A stretch of DNA of 62,175 nucleotides, the filler included, from an uncultured Methanosarcinales archaeon (lineage in GTDB: Archaea; Nanobdellota; Nanobdellia; Woesearchaeales; CAIVOO01): assembly GCA_964485195.1 (NCBI GenBank). It is 7 parts of 7 records of this genome, joined end to end, with 100 filler letters (N's around TTAATTAATTAA, not from the genome) between each part and the next. Parts side by side here need not be neighbours in the genome. Positions count along the whole stretch, not along the records: positions 20,995 to 31,957 come from CAZAIK010000014.1; positions 32,058 to 41,195 come from CAZAIK010000016.1; 5 more parts are not named here. The stretch is one strand, 5' to 3'. The notes beneath the pieces were generated by a model. It was not told where the DNA came from and ran no database searches. It saw nothing but the letters and a program-made list of their open reading frames with translations. Made by a program: the position numbers and the translations under genes. Of this stretch, positions 28,804 through 38,199 are shown piece after piece (positions within the stretch are counted from its first letter, which is position 1; every line of letters starts with the position of its first letter).

Positions 28804-29628
28804 ATGAGAAAAGGTCAAATTCATATAAAAAAATCAGCTCCTTTTTTTATGGCTGTTTTTTTAGCACTAACTTCAAGTCTAAGCTTTGCTCAAAAGGACT
28901 TTTACATGAATGAAAAAAAGCTTTATGAAAACTATGAGATGTCGGTTCATTACTTTGAAGAAGGAAAGAAGCTCTATAGAGAAGAAAAATTCAATAAAGC
29001 AGAGAAAAAATTCAAACAGTGTCTGGAGGTTTTTCCTCAGCATGCACAGGCTAATTTTTATATGGCTCATCTCATGTATAAAAAGTCTGATTTAGAGAAT
29101 GCGCTCCATTATATTGAAGAAGCTAAGAAAAATTATGAATTTATGAATCATATGTTTACTTTGGCCTATGAAGATTACATCAGTCAACTTCGTGAACAGA
29201 AAGATGACATCCAAGATAGTATAAATCAATATGAACAATTGAAACAACAGGCCACTCAGGAACAGCAAAAAATGGCGTATGATAGCAAGATCGCTTCTTT
29301 GCAGTCAGAACTAGGGACTGTTAAAAGCAGACTCGCCGAGCCTTTACCTCAAGAAAAACAAATTCCTGACAACTATTTTTACCTTATGGGGAATATATTT
29401 TTTAAACTCGAAAAATACCAGGAAGCTCACGACCAGTATGTTCAAGCTATTGAACAAAATCCTAAGCATCAGGAAGCCTATAACAATCTCATCAATATCT
29501 ATTTCATGACCAAACAGTATGAAAGAGCCATGTCTGTGGTGAAAGAAGCTGAGTCCAAGGGAGTTGTCATAAACCCGAAGCTCAAAGAAGCGGTACAAAA
29601 GGAACTGGATAAAAAAGGCCCCTTCTAA
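28804..29628 (+). CDS. Secreted TPR protein
   Basis: Signal peptide; TPR motifs flanking a coiled coil. Confidence 0.85.
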   Translation: MRKGQIHIKKSAPFFMAVFLALTSSLSFAQKDFYMNEKKLYENYEMSVHYFEEGKKLYREEKFNKAEKKFKQCLEVFPQHAQANFYMAHLMYKKSDLENALHYIEEAKKNYEFMNHMFTLAYEDYISQLREQKDDIQDSINQYEQLKQQATQEQQKMAYDSKIASLQSELGTVKSRLAEPLPQEKQIPDNYFYLMGNIFFKLEKYQEAHDQYVQAIEQNPKHQEAYNNLINIYFMTKQYERAMSVVKEAESKGVVINPKLKEAVQKELDKKGPF

Positions 29629-30839
29629 TAGAGATATCTGGGGATAAGCGGATTCAATCCGATCAGGACTTTGTAATTTGAAATTCCGGACCATTCAGCC
29701 ACATCATCAGCTGTGATTTTTTCATTTCCTTGGGAGCCAATAAGGCATACTTCCTCCCCAGGTGAGATATTAGAATTGGTGTCCAAGAGCGCCTCCATGT
29801 GGTTGGCTGTGATGGAGTTGAGAACAGGGTATTTTTTGCCTTTGATAAGAACTTTGCCGTTTTGAAAAGCTGAGTGAGGATATCCGTCTGAATAACCCAC
29901 AGGGATGACCGCAATTTTTTCTTTTTTTTTGGCTGTATAGGCTCTGTGATAAGAAACTGATTCTCCTGGTTTAAGTGTTTTAACATCCACCACTATTGAT
30001 TTAAACTCAAGCACTGGGCGGAGAGATAGAGAATCTTCCTGTCGGGTCTTTGAGTTGGGATAATAACCATAAAGAGCAATACCCGGCCTGATCATATCCA
30101 GGTGAAGAGACGGGGATTCAAAAATCCCGGCACTGCTTGCTGCATGCCGGGTGCCCAATTTTATGCCTGATTTTCTGGCCTGGTCATAAACGGACTGAAG
30201 TCTTTTGACTTGAACTTTATCAAATTGAGGATCTTCACAAAGAGTGGTTGAAATTCCAGAGAGAGAAATCCCTTTTAATTGAGAAGCCTTTTGGATAACA
30301 GGAAAAGATAGTTGATAAGGGATGCCCATCCGGTTCATGCCTGTATCTATATGAATATGCATGTTTATTTGAGCGCCTCTTTTTTCAGCTTGTTGACTCA
30401 TTTTTTCATAATCGCCGGAGTGCAAAAATTGGCTTATATTGTGTCTGACTAAGATATCTGTATTTTTAGGAAAAAGAGGACCGAAATTGTATATGGGACT
30501 GGTCACTCCAGCTTCTCTTAGTCTGACCGCTTCCTGCATCCTGCATACCATAAGGCTGTGAATCCCCAGATTTTCAAGCTGCTTCCCGAATTTAATTAGA
30601 CCATGTCCGTAAGCATTGGCTTTGATGACTCCCATCACAGGCGTTTTAACTCTATTCTTAACTTTATTCAGGTTCCATTTTATGTTTTTCGTATTCAATT
30701 CAATCCAGGATTCAGGGACCAAAATACTGTTTTTTCTTGGATTTATGTACTTTTCTTGGCCTTTGGCTTTATGGGTTTCTTTAACTGTGGTTAATGATAA
30801 ACTGGAAAATAATAGAAAATCTCTTCGGCTTATTTTCAT
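29625..30839 (-). CDS. alr: Alanine racemase family enzyme with twin-arginine-like leader (start reassigned to ATG 30839)
   Basis: IKANAYGHG (PLP Lys), HIDTGMNRMG, IRPGIALYG, VSY, GYSDGY; leader MKISRRDFLL after a GGAGG RBS. Confidence 0.9.
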   Translation of the reverse strand: MKISRRDFLLFSSLSLTTVKETHKAKGQEKYINPRKNSILVPESWIELNTKNIKWNLNKVKNRVKTPVMGVIKANAYGHGLIKFGKQLENLGIHSLMVCRMQEAVRLREAGVTSPIYNFGPLFPKNTDILVRHNISQFLHSGDYEKMSQQAEKRGAQINMHIHIDTGMNRMGIPYQLSFPVIQKASQLKGISLSGISTTLCEDPQFDKVQVKRLQSVYDQARKSGIKLGTRHAASSAGIFESPSLHLDMIRPGIALYGYYPNSKTRQEDSLSLRPVLEFKSIVVDVKTLKPGESVSYHRAYTAKKKEKIAVIPVGYSDGYPHSAFQNGKVLIKGKKYPVLNSITANHMEALLDTNSNISPGEEVCLIGSQGNEKITADDVAEWSGISNYKVLIGLNPLIPRYLY

Positions 30840-31097
30840 TTCATCCCTCCTAGGAGCCGTACAAAAATATATCATCATAAATTTTAATCCGCAAGAGTGC
30901 TTTTGAAGAAGTATTATAAAATATAAGTATTTATATGATTCGGTGATAGAGTTAGTTTATCTAATAGAGGGGAAAGGATATGAGATGAGGAATCCAATAT
31001 TCTACCTCTCATAACGGTTCTTAGAGATTTTTTCTTAAAACATTATTCTATTGTAATCATATTTTGAGTTTTTTAATAATAAGAGAAAACAACACGA

Positions 31098-31700
31098 ATG
31101 AGTAAAAATATTACCAAAATAGGAAAAAATAAGCAGGAAATCACGGTCCATGGTTATGAAATGGAAGTCATCGAGACAGATCGAGGATGGCAGAGGGCCC
31201 GAAAGACAGACAAGAAAAAAACTTACACCATGCCTTTTTATGCGGATTATGATGCCCGAAGCAGCGTCAGACTTCCATATGGATATCTGATGCCTATTGC
31301 TGTGCCAGAAGTAGAGCAAAAACTTCTCCAGCTCGGAATCACAGTTGAAAAACTCAAAAAGTCCGTTCAACTTGAAGTGGAAAAATTTGTGATTGAGGAA
31401 CTGAAATCCATGGAAAGACCCTATCAGGGACATCATCTGAATTCAGTTAAAGGAAATTATGTCACAGAAGAGATGGAATTTCCCGAAGACACTCCATTTA
31501 TTCCCTTGGCTCAGCCACTGGCTAATGTGGCATCCTCTCTATTAGAGCCTGAGAGCGATGACGGTCTTCTGGTTTGGGACTTCTTTGACCGCTATATTGT
31601 CCCTCAATGGGGAAGAGGAACTCAAGTTTATCCTGTATACAAACTTATGGAACCTGTGAATCTAGTGAAAGAAACAGTGAGACCAGAAATTGGTGAATAG
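31098..31700 (+). pseudogene. C-terminal fragment of an M14-type peptidase-like protein
   Basis: LPYGY...LLQLGITVE...LAQPLANVASSLLEPESDDGL tail, with no catalytic domain or signal peptide. Confidence 0.5.
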
Positions 31701-31753
31701 GTATTGTGTTACTGTTTTTAGTTACTGTTTTTAGTAAAAATAGGTAAAAGGAT

Positions 31754-31957
31754 ATGACGAGACCGGTTTTATCCCCAAAGGAAATAAGCAAAGGAAAAAG
31801 ATTTTTTAAATCTATAGAACAAATTCATCTTCGGGGAATTCGGGCACCTGAGATACGAAGAATATCCAAGGAATTATTTTCTCTGGTCAAACCTTATTGG
31901 ACACAGGAACCAAACCATTATCCTGAAGAGCTTGGATGAATCCTTCCACCGCTGTGT
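31754..31957 (+). pseudogene. Possible degraded DNA alkylation repair (AlkD-like) gene
   Basis: RFFK...LRGIRAPEIRRISKE resembles the family N-terminus; early stop. Confidence 0.35.
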
Positions 31958-32057
31958 NNNNNNNNNNNNNNNNNNNNNNNNNNNNNNNNNNNNNNNNNNN
32001 NTTAATTAATTAANNNNNNNNNNNNNNNNNNNNNNNNNNNNNNNNNNNNNNNNNNNN
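31958..32057. other. Artificial contig linker
   Basis: N-TTAATTAATTAA-N. Confidence 0.98.
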
Positions 32058-32100
32058 TCACTACGCAAAAGTTTATAAATACTGAAAAGCAATTTTTTAT

Positions 32101-32655
32101 ATGAAACTAAGAATAACTGAAGAAGAAAGGAAAAAACTCGAATGGCTGTCTGAACTCTCCTTTTACACTTTGAATGTGGCAGTTGGGCTTAAAGAGTTTG
32201 ACAAGTTCAAGAAAATGCCCCCTTGGGCAGAGGAATCAGTCAGGTATGCTTATCAGCAGGGGTTAGGCGGAGCGATCAAACAAATCACAGCAAAAGCAGG
32301 AGCAAGGCAGCCCCGTTATTTTTCAAAACCAGGCAGAAGAGGAAGAGAGCTTGAGCCTTTTCTGCTCCAGTATTTCCTGATGTCTGACGAAAAGACAACA
32401 ATTCTTACTGACCAACTGGATATTGCTTCTGACCCCGAAGATGGCATGGGAGGATTGAAATCAATTATAGATGCAGAAGACCCAAAAGAGAGCGATCAAG
32501 GAGAGGTTTACAAAAGGATTATTGTTGCAGGCAAGGAATTAAGGTCGCAAAACAAATGGAATGAAGTCTTGAATGCCATGAGATACATTCGCAGAAGAAA
32601 TGAGTTTGTTAATCAGTTAAAATACATAAAAGAATTAAATTCAGGCCAGCCCTAA
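32101..32655 (+). CDS. Hypothetical protein
   Basis: 184-aa ORF preceded by BRE/TATA-like AAAAGTTTATAAA. Confidence 0.65.
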   Translation: MKLRITEEERKKLEWLSELSFYTLNVAVGLKEFDKFKKMPPWAEESVRYAYQQGLGGAIKQITAKAGARQPRYFSKPGRRGRELEPFLLQYFLMSDEKTTILTDQLDIASDPEDGMGGLKSIIDAEDPKESDQGEVYKRIIVAGKELRSQNKWNEVLNAMRYIRRRNEFVNQLKYIKELNSGQP

Positions 32656-33936
32656 ATTGCCCAGAATCTTTTCCTTGCTGAATTCTTCCAGGTCATCATA
32701 AGCCTGGCCTGTTCCCAGGAAATAAACCGGCTTTTCAGTAACATATGAAGCAGATATTGTTGCCCCTCCCTTTTCATCAACATCTGCCTTTGCGAGTATT
32801 ATGCCGTCAATCCCCACGGCATCAGCGTATTTTTCAGCCTGCTCAACCATATCATTTCCAGTAAGGGAGTCCCCCACGAACAATTTCAAATCAGGATTCG
32901 CAACCCTTATGATTTTTTTCAGCTCGTCCATCAGGTTTATGTTGGAATGGCTCCTGCCTGCGGTGTCAATCAGGACAGCGTCAATGCTCCTTGCCTTGGC
33001 ATATTGTATGGCATCATAAGCAACTGCCGCAGCGTCTGAGCCGTATTCGTGTTTTATAACCTTGACTCCTATCTTGTCTCCGTGGTTCTGCAGCTGGTCT
33101 ATGGCTGCCGCCCTGAATGTGTCCCCTGCTGCGAGCACGCAGGAAATCCCTCTTTTCTTGAGGGTGTAAGCAAGCTTTGCTATTGTTGTTGTCTTCCCGC
33201 TGCCGTTTATGCCGAAGAAGCATATCACTAAAGGCTCCTTTTTCTCCTTTATCCTCTGGAAAAGGTTGACCTTTTCCTGGCTGAGAACCTCTTCCAGGCT
33301 GTTTTTCAGGGACTCCACCACAGTTTCCGTCAGGGCAGAGCGATTGAATCTCTTGTTGACCAAGTCATCCTTCATGTCGTTTTTTATTTTCTCAATAACA
33401 GCCATTGCGACGTTGTTTTCCAGCAGTGCAACTTCCAGTTCCCAGAAAATCTCGTCAAATCTTGATTCTGACAATGTTTTTGTCGTGAAAGCCTCGCCGA
33501 CCTTTTTGAAAAAGCCCCTTTTCTTCTTTTCCTCTTCTGCTTCTTCAGGCTCTTCCTCAACCTCCTCTTCTTTTTCCTTTTCCTCTTTCTCCTCGGGCTT
33601 TTCCTTCTTCTTCCAGAACAGGAACTTCTTTCCCTTTTTCCCGGGCTTTTCTTCCCCTAAATCCTCAACCTCCTCTTTTATTTCTCTTTTTTCTTCCTCT
33701 TTTTCTTTTCTTTCCTTGAGCTTTTCTGCCTTCCTTTCCTTTTTTGGTTTCTCAGGCTTTTTCTTTTTTGCTTCTTTTTTCCTGGCCGGCTTTTCTTCTT
33801 TTGGCTTCTTTTTTTCCCCTGGCTTTTTTTCCCCAGCTTTCTTTTTGACTTCCTTTTCCTCAACTACCTCTTCCTCTACCTGCTTGGAGAACTTTGAAAC
33901 CGCCCCTTTCAGTTTTTCCTTTAGAAACTTGAACAT
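32641..33936 (-). CDS. ftsY: SRP receptor FtsY with long K/E-rich N-terminal region
   Basis: GINGSGKTTTIAK, DTFRAAA, DTAGR, KADVDEKGG, GTGQ. Confidence 0.96.
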   Translation of the reverse strand: MFKFLKEKLKGAVSKFSKQVEEEVVEEKEVKKKAGEKKPGEKKKPKEEKPARKKEAKKKKPEKPKKERKAEKLKERKEKEEEKREIKEEVEDLGEEKPGKKGKKFLFWKKKEKPEEKEEKEKEEEVEEEPEEAEEEKKKRGFFKKVGEAFTTKTLSESRFDEIFWELEVALLENNVAMAVIEKIKNDMKDDLVNKRFNRSALTETVVESLKNSLEEVLSQEKVNLFQRIKEKKEPLVICFFGINGSGKTTTIAKLAYTLKKRGISCVLAAGDTFRAAAIDQLQNHGDKIGVKVIKHEYGSDAAAVAYDAIQYAKARSIDAVLIDTAGRSHSNINLMDELKKIIRVANPDLKLFVGDSLTGNDMVEQAEKYADAVGIDGIILAKADVDEKGGATISASYVTEKPVYFLGTGQAYDDLEEFSKEKILGNLGLA

Positions 33937-33939
33937 TTT

Positions 33940-34335
33940 TCAGCCCTGCGAAACACTTCTTTCTATTTCCTCTGCCCTCGCCCCCAACAGCTGGAGGCCC
34001 TTGAGCATCTGCTCCCTGTACTGCCGCATTTCATCAATCTGTTTCCTGATTACCCTCTGCGTCTCTTCCCTGTTCTTCCTGACAGCAACGCCTGCGCCCA
34101 CATTCACCACAAAGTTTTCCGTGTCTTCAAGTTTGGCCTTTGCATAAATTCCCGCGCTGACAGGCACGAAAGTCTCCTCCCCGGTCTTTTCCTTGAGCTC
34201 GTCCAGGCTTTTCACGGAATTGTCAAACTCAGCTATGTTATTCTCGATGTTGTTAATCTGCTGCTGAAGCTGCTTCATCTGCTCCTCAATGACCTTCAGC
34301 TCAAAATACGCTTCCCTTACTTCTTCCTCATTCAT
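33940..34335 (-). CDS. pfdA: Prefoldin subunit alpha
   Basis: Coiled coils flanking FVPVSAGIY...VVNVGAGV hairpins; adjacent to ftsY. Confidence 0.92.
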   Translation of the reverse strand: MNEEEVREAYFELKVIEEQMKQLQQQINNIENNIAEFDNSVKSLDELKEKTGEETFVPVSAGIYAKAKLEDTENFVVNVGAGVAVRKNREETQRVIRKQIDEMRQYREQMLKGLQLLGARAEEIERSVSQG

Positions 34336-35059
34336 TTTTGACCCTTATGTCTATGTCCTCAAAATGCCTGTTCTGGTTTATGTCAATCTTGCCCTGGGTT
34401 GTGAGGTGCAACAGGGGCACTAAAGTTGAAACCTGGTCCTCCTTTCTTTCAGAGCCTGCAAGCTCAAAAAAGGTAAGGACATTTTTCTCTGACAATATCT
34501 GCTTTATCTTCTTGTGCAGGTCCATTATTATCTTGGTAATGTCAACCTTTTTGTCTATGACAGGCATTTCAGGAACATCTGTTTCCCTCAGTATCCTTCT
34601 TTTCTTGACATCCAGGGCCTTTTGCAGTGCTTCCACCAGGTCAAAGACAGAAATCTTCCTTTTTCTTGGCTGGGGGGTTCTTGGGATGAGAGTTATCTTG
34701 TCAGAGGGCAGGTCCTTCAGCGAAAATCTCTGATATCCCAGCTCCTCATCTTCATCCAGCACATCAGCCGGAGGATTGATAAGCTCGTCAAGCTTTGACT
34801 CCTCATCAAGTAATTTTGTGCTTTTTATGTTAAGGAGAATGGCCGCTGCAAGAACGACCTTTCCGGAAATCCTGACATCAAATGACTGCAGTTTCTTCAG
34901 GGTCTCAATGTACTGCTTGGACAGCAGGGAAAGGTTGATGTCCCACGGGTCCATCTCCTCGCTTTTCACAAGCTCGTAAATAATGGACTGCCAGGTGATC
35001 TCATCCTCATTGAACAATATTTCAAATATCCTGTCAGTATTGGTCCTTTCCATAGCCAT
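34328..35059 (-). CDS. scpA: Segregation and condensation protein ScpA (kleisin); start reassigned
   Basis: MDPWDINL, SGKVVLAAAILL.IKS, LVEALQKAL, PLLHL...I.INQ..HFEDI. Confidence 0.88.
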   Translation of the reverse strand: MAMERTNTDRIFEILFNEDEITWQSIIYELVKSEEMDPWDINLSLLSKQYIETLKKLQSFDVRISGKVVLAAAILLNIKSTKLLDEESKLDELINPPADVLDEDEELGYQRFSLKDLPSDKITLIPRTPQPRKRKISVFDLVEALQKALDVKKRRILRETDVPEMPVIDKKVDITKIIMDLHKKIKQILSEKNVLTFFELAGSERKEDQVSTLVPLLHLTTQGKIDINQNRHFEDIDIRVKNE

Positions 35060-35102
35060 TCTCTTGAATAATCCATTTATAAATTTATGCCTTCTCAGGT
35101 CA

Positions 35103-35200
35103 GTCAACTGTGTGTTGCCGGCACAAGAAAATGCCATTTGGCATTTTTTGTGCAGAAAATCCTTAAAAGGATTTTCTTGCACTGTCAAGCGCAGTTGTCA
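35103..35200. other. Structured non-coding element (outer stem enclosing two hairpins)
   Basis: CAACTGTG/CGCAGTTG outer stem; AAAATGCC-ATTT-GGCATTTT and GAAAATCCTT-AA-AAGGATTTTC hairpins. Confidence 0.5.
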
Positions 35201-35319
35201 ACAGTCTCCTCAACATCTTTTGATGTTTTATCAGCAGTTACAAAAACGATAGATTTAAATATGACTAAAAGAAATAAACCTTCATTCCTTTAAAAAAATA
35301 AAAAAGAGGGGTTTTTACC

Positions 35320-35928
35320 ATGGCAAAGAAAAAATCAAAAGGAAAGAAAAAATCTCAGTCCAAAAAGACTGAAACCAAGAGCCACAAAAAGGAAAAAAGC
35401 AACACTGGCTGGATTGTTGGTGTGATAATAGTGGTTATTATAATAATCGCGATAGTGCTTCTTATGAGAGGTGTGGAAGAAGAGCCTGAACAGCCAACAG
35501 TAACTCCGCCTGAGGAAGGGTCAGGGCCTTCAGAAGAAGAGGTGATGGAAGGACCATCAGAAGTTGCTGAAGTGCCTGAAGAGGTCAAGGACTGCAGCAT
35601 AGCCTATGCTATAGGCTACCCAAAGAACAAGCTGCTGACTCCGTGCGAGATTGAAGGCAACCAGCCAACAATCCAACTGGCATATTCTGGAAACGCAGAC
35701 TCCCTGGGAGGAATGTGGTTCAAGGTCACGACAGCTGATGGGGATGTCAAGTATCTCAAGGACACAAGGACTGTTGAGAAGGGAGAGACTATTAAATACT
35801 CCTTTGACATCGGGGAGACCATAGAAAGAGTGGTGGCAATGCCTTTGATCACGCAGAATGGGGAGGACAAGGCCTGTCTTAACCAGAGACTGATTGTCAT
35901 AAAGTCAACCAACTGTGTGGGTGGCTGA
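35320..35928 (+). CDS. Membrane-anchored hypothetical protein
   Basis: Basic N-terminus, TM helix, E/P linker, Cys-containing ectodomain. Confidence 0.75.
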   Translation: MAKKKSKGKKKSQSKKTETKSHKKEKSNTGWIVGVIIVVIIIIAIVLLMRGVEEEPEQPTVTPPEEGSGPSEEEVMEGPSEVAEVPEEVKDCSIAYAIGYPKNKLLTPCEIEGNQPTIQLAYSGNADSLGGMWFKVTTADGDVKYLKDTRTVEKGETIKYSFDIGETIERVVAMPLITQNGEDKACLNQRLIVIKSTNCVGG

Positions 35929-36001
35929 ACCTTTTTTCCTATATTTTTTTATTACTTCTTTCAAAACATTTTTAAAACAGGCATTAAACTTATCCAGTCA
36001 C

Positions 36002-36092
36002 GGGCCCATGGTCTAGTGGCTACGCATAATGCGCCGCAAATGACATCTCCCTTACAAGGAGAGGATCCCCGGTTCGAGTCCGGGTGGGCCCA
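36002..36092 (+). tRNA. tRNA-Val(UAC) with an 18-nt D-loop intron (36022-36039)
   Basis: GGGCCCA/TGGGCCC acceptor, TCTCC-CTTACAA-GGAGA anticodon arm, TTCGAGT T-loop; BHB helix GTGG/CCGC with CTA and AAA bulges. Confidence 0.93.
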
Positions 36093-36107
36093 CTCATTTT
36101 AGAAAAA

Positions 36108-36194
36108 GCGCCAGTAGTCTAGTGGTTAGGACACGAGCTTGCCAAGCCATAACGCAGAAAGCTTGTAACCCGGGTTCGAATCCCGGCTGGCGCA
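36108..36194 (+). tRNA. tRNA-Gly(GCC) with a 15-nt canonical 37/38 intron (36145-36159)
   Basis: GCGCCAG/CTGGCGC acceptor; BHB helix TTGC/GCAG with CAA and AAA bulges. Confidence 0.93.
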
Positions 36195-36225
36195 TTTGTT
36201 CAAAGCATTTTTCTTTTCAGCTCCC

Positions 36226-36570
36226 TTACTGTGTTTTTCCCGGCTCTTTTGTCTCATAGTTGAGGGAGACAGAAACATCAAATGAATCTTCTCTCTTATA
36301 CCCCACTATTTCTGACGTGTAAAGCCCATCCTTGCTCTCCTGCGAAAGCCTTAATGCCCATATGTCATCATTTTCCAATTCAGGCCTTATGGTATTTATC
36401 TCAATTCCATCTTCAGAATACTTGAAATTGTCATTTGCAACTTCAGCGAGGTCGCCCTTCTTTATGTTGTTATGCGGGGATCCGCTTATCCATTCTGCAG
36501 AGATGCCTGCCAAATCATTCATCTTGGCATTCTCGCATACAGGAACCACTGTGCATAACACTCTTGTCAT
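36226..36570 (-). CDS. Hypothetical protein (start reassigned to ATG 36570)
   Basis: MTRVLCTVV... downstream of a TTTATAAA box. Confidence 0.55.
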   Translation of the reverse strand: MTRVLCTVVPVCENAKMNDLAGISAEWISGSPHNNIKKGDLAEVANDNFKYSEDGIEINTIRPELENDDIWALRLSQESKDGLYTSEIVGYKREDSFDVSVSLNYETKEPGKTQ

Positions 36571-36667
36571 ATCCTGAAAGGTTCCTGTTTGATTTATAAA
36601 ATTTTCTATTTTAATTACTTTTTTGTGGTTACAACCTTTTTTAATTATGACTACGCACCTGAACCTT

Positions 36668-37372
36668 ATGGCAACAGACTTTACTGAAAAAGAAACTGTT
36701 GAAAAATACTCTGAGGGTGTGCTGGCAGAAGAGCTTGCGCTGAAACCAGTTATTCTTGAAGCAGCAGGGGAAGTCAAAGGCCTGAACATTGCGGATCTTG
36801 GCTGCGGGGACGGCCGTTACAGCAAGGTATTTGCAGAAAGAGGGGCTAAAATCATTGCTGTTGACCTCTCATCATACCAGATTGAGATTGCGAAGAAAAA
36901 GAACAGTCACGAGAACATAACATACATCAATGAGGATGTGGCGTCTGTACCTGGAATAAGGGAGAACTTTGCAGACTTGGTGCTGATGAACCTTGTAATC
37001 CCAGACATTGAAAACAGGGAAAAGCTGGGGAAAGTCGTGAAAGAAGCTGCCAGGGTATTAAGGCAGAAAGGCAGGGCAATAATCTCAACACTCCATCCCC
37101 TTTACCTTTCCCCCGACCAGGATTCCTCTGATAAAGCTGTTGATTTCAAAAAAGAGAATTATTTCAGGGAGGGCTGTGTTTACAAGTCGGAAGCCGTGAC
37201 AAGAGAAGGAAGGAAGATTGTTTTTAGTGAAACGCACTTCTCGCTGAATTTCATCTCAAAAAAATTAGAAGAGAACAAACTCATTACAACCCGCTTAATT
37301 GAAAGCAGGCCAGTGCCTGAAAAAGGGATTTTCCTCCCAAAATACCTTGTCTTTGAATGCATTAAGAAATAG
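36668..37372 (+). CDS. Class I SAM-dependent methyltransferase
   Basis: IADLGCGDG, AVDLS, EAARVL..KG. Confidence 0.9.
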   Translation: MATDFTEKETVEKYSEGVLAEELALKPVILEAAGEVKGLNIADLGCGDGRYSKVFAERGAKIIAVDLSSYQIEIAKKKNSHENITYINEDVASVPGIRENFADLVLMNLVIPDIENREKLGKVVKEAARVLRQKGRAIISTLHPLYLSPDQDSSDKAVDFKKENYFREGCVYKSEAVTREGRKIVFSETHFSLNFISKKLEENKLITTRLIESRPVPEKGIFLPKYLVFECIKK

Positions 37373-37373
37373 G

Positions 37374-37985
37374 TCATTTCTTGACCGCGAAAACATTAAG
37401 CCACTGCATTTCTATGTGGACGTCGCCGGGAGAGGGGTATATCTCTATTATCCTGAACCCCAGGGATTCCAGTATTTCCTTTATTTCCTCTTTGGCATAA
37501 TAAGCAAAGAATCTCCCATTGCCAAACTCAATGTTTGTGTATCTCTCTCCAACCCCTTCCAGCAGGGACAAGTACAATATGCCTCCTTTTTTCATCACAG
37601 AACTAACCTGTTTCAGTGTTTCCCCCGCCTGCTTTTTTGGGATGTGCAGGGCAGAGGCAGCTGCCCAAACCCCGTCAAAATGCTCCCTGGGAAATTCAGG
37701 CCTTGTCAGGTCCATTTTTCTGAATTCTGCCCTTGGCGCGTTTTGCCTGGCAAGTTTGAGAAAGCTTTCAGACAGGTCAATTCCAACAACCTCAAAGTTG
37801 TTTTCAGAAAAATATCTTGCGTCCCTGCCCGGCCCGCAGCCAAGGTCAAGAATCCTTTTTCCCTCAAGATTGTCAATGAAAAGGTCGGCGAAGTCCCTCA
37901 TGAAATCAAGGTTTCCGTACCTGGCCGTCCATTCCTCTGCAATCTCATCATACACCTTTATTGTTTCCTCAACAGGATCTTTCAT
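37374..37985 (-). CDS. Class I SAM-dependent methyltransferase
   Basis: ILDLGCGPGRD, GIDLS, FDGVWAAASALH. Confidence 0.9.
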   Translation of the reverse strand: MKDPVEETIKVYDEIAEEWTARYGNLDFMRDFADLFIDNLEGKRILDLGCGPGRDARYFSENNFEVVGIDLSESFLKLARQNAPRAEFRKMDLTRPEFPREHFDGVWAAASALHIPKKQAGETLKQVSSVMKKGGILYLSLLEGVGERYTNIEFGNGRFFAYYAKEEIKEILESLGFRIIEIYPSPGDVHIEMQWLNVFAVKK

Positions 37986-38038
37986 TTAACTGCTTAATAC
38001 CGCAATTTTTATAAATGAACCGCTTAATGTCAGCATAT

Positions 38039-38168
38039 GGGCCCGTAGCTTAGCCTGGAGCCTTTGGCGGGCAATTAGAGCGCCGGTCTTATATGTCCTG
38101 CGTTCGCGCAACTAAGACAGCCGGAGGTCCCGAGTTCAAAATGAGAAATGGAAATCTCGGCGGGCCCA
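38039..38168 (+). tRNA. tRNA-Ile(UAU) with three introns (38059-38074, 38094-38118, 38141-38154)
   Basis: Removing three BHB-bounded segments gives a 75-nt cloverleaf with anticodon TAT at 38090-92. Confidence 0.9.
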
Positions 38169-38199
38169 TACCAAATATTAAAAAGGACTGCGCAAGTGG

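Noticed and set aside
31708..31735. 13-bp tandem duplication TTACTGTTTTTAG
   Set aside because: Only two copies in a decaying region; likely slippage
33209..34147. 312-aa Ser/Phe-rich ORF and similar shadow ORFs (14477-15028, 37299-37997, 60961-61650)
   Set aside because: Antisense shadows of K/E-rich or well-supported genes
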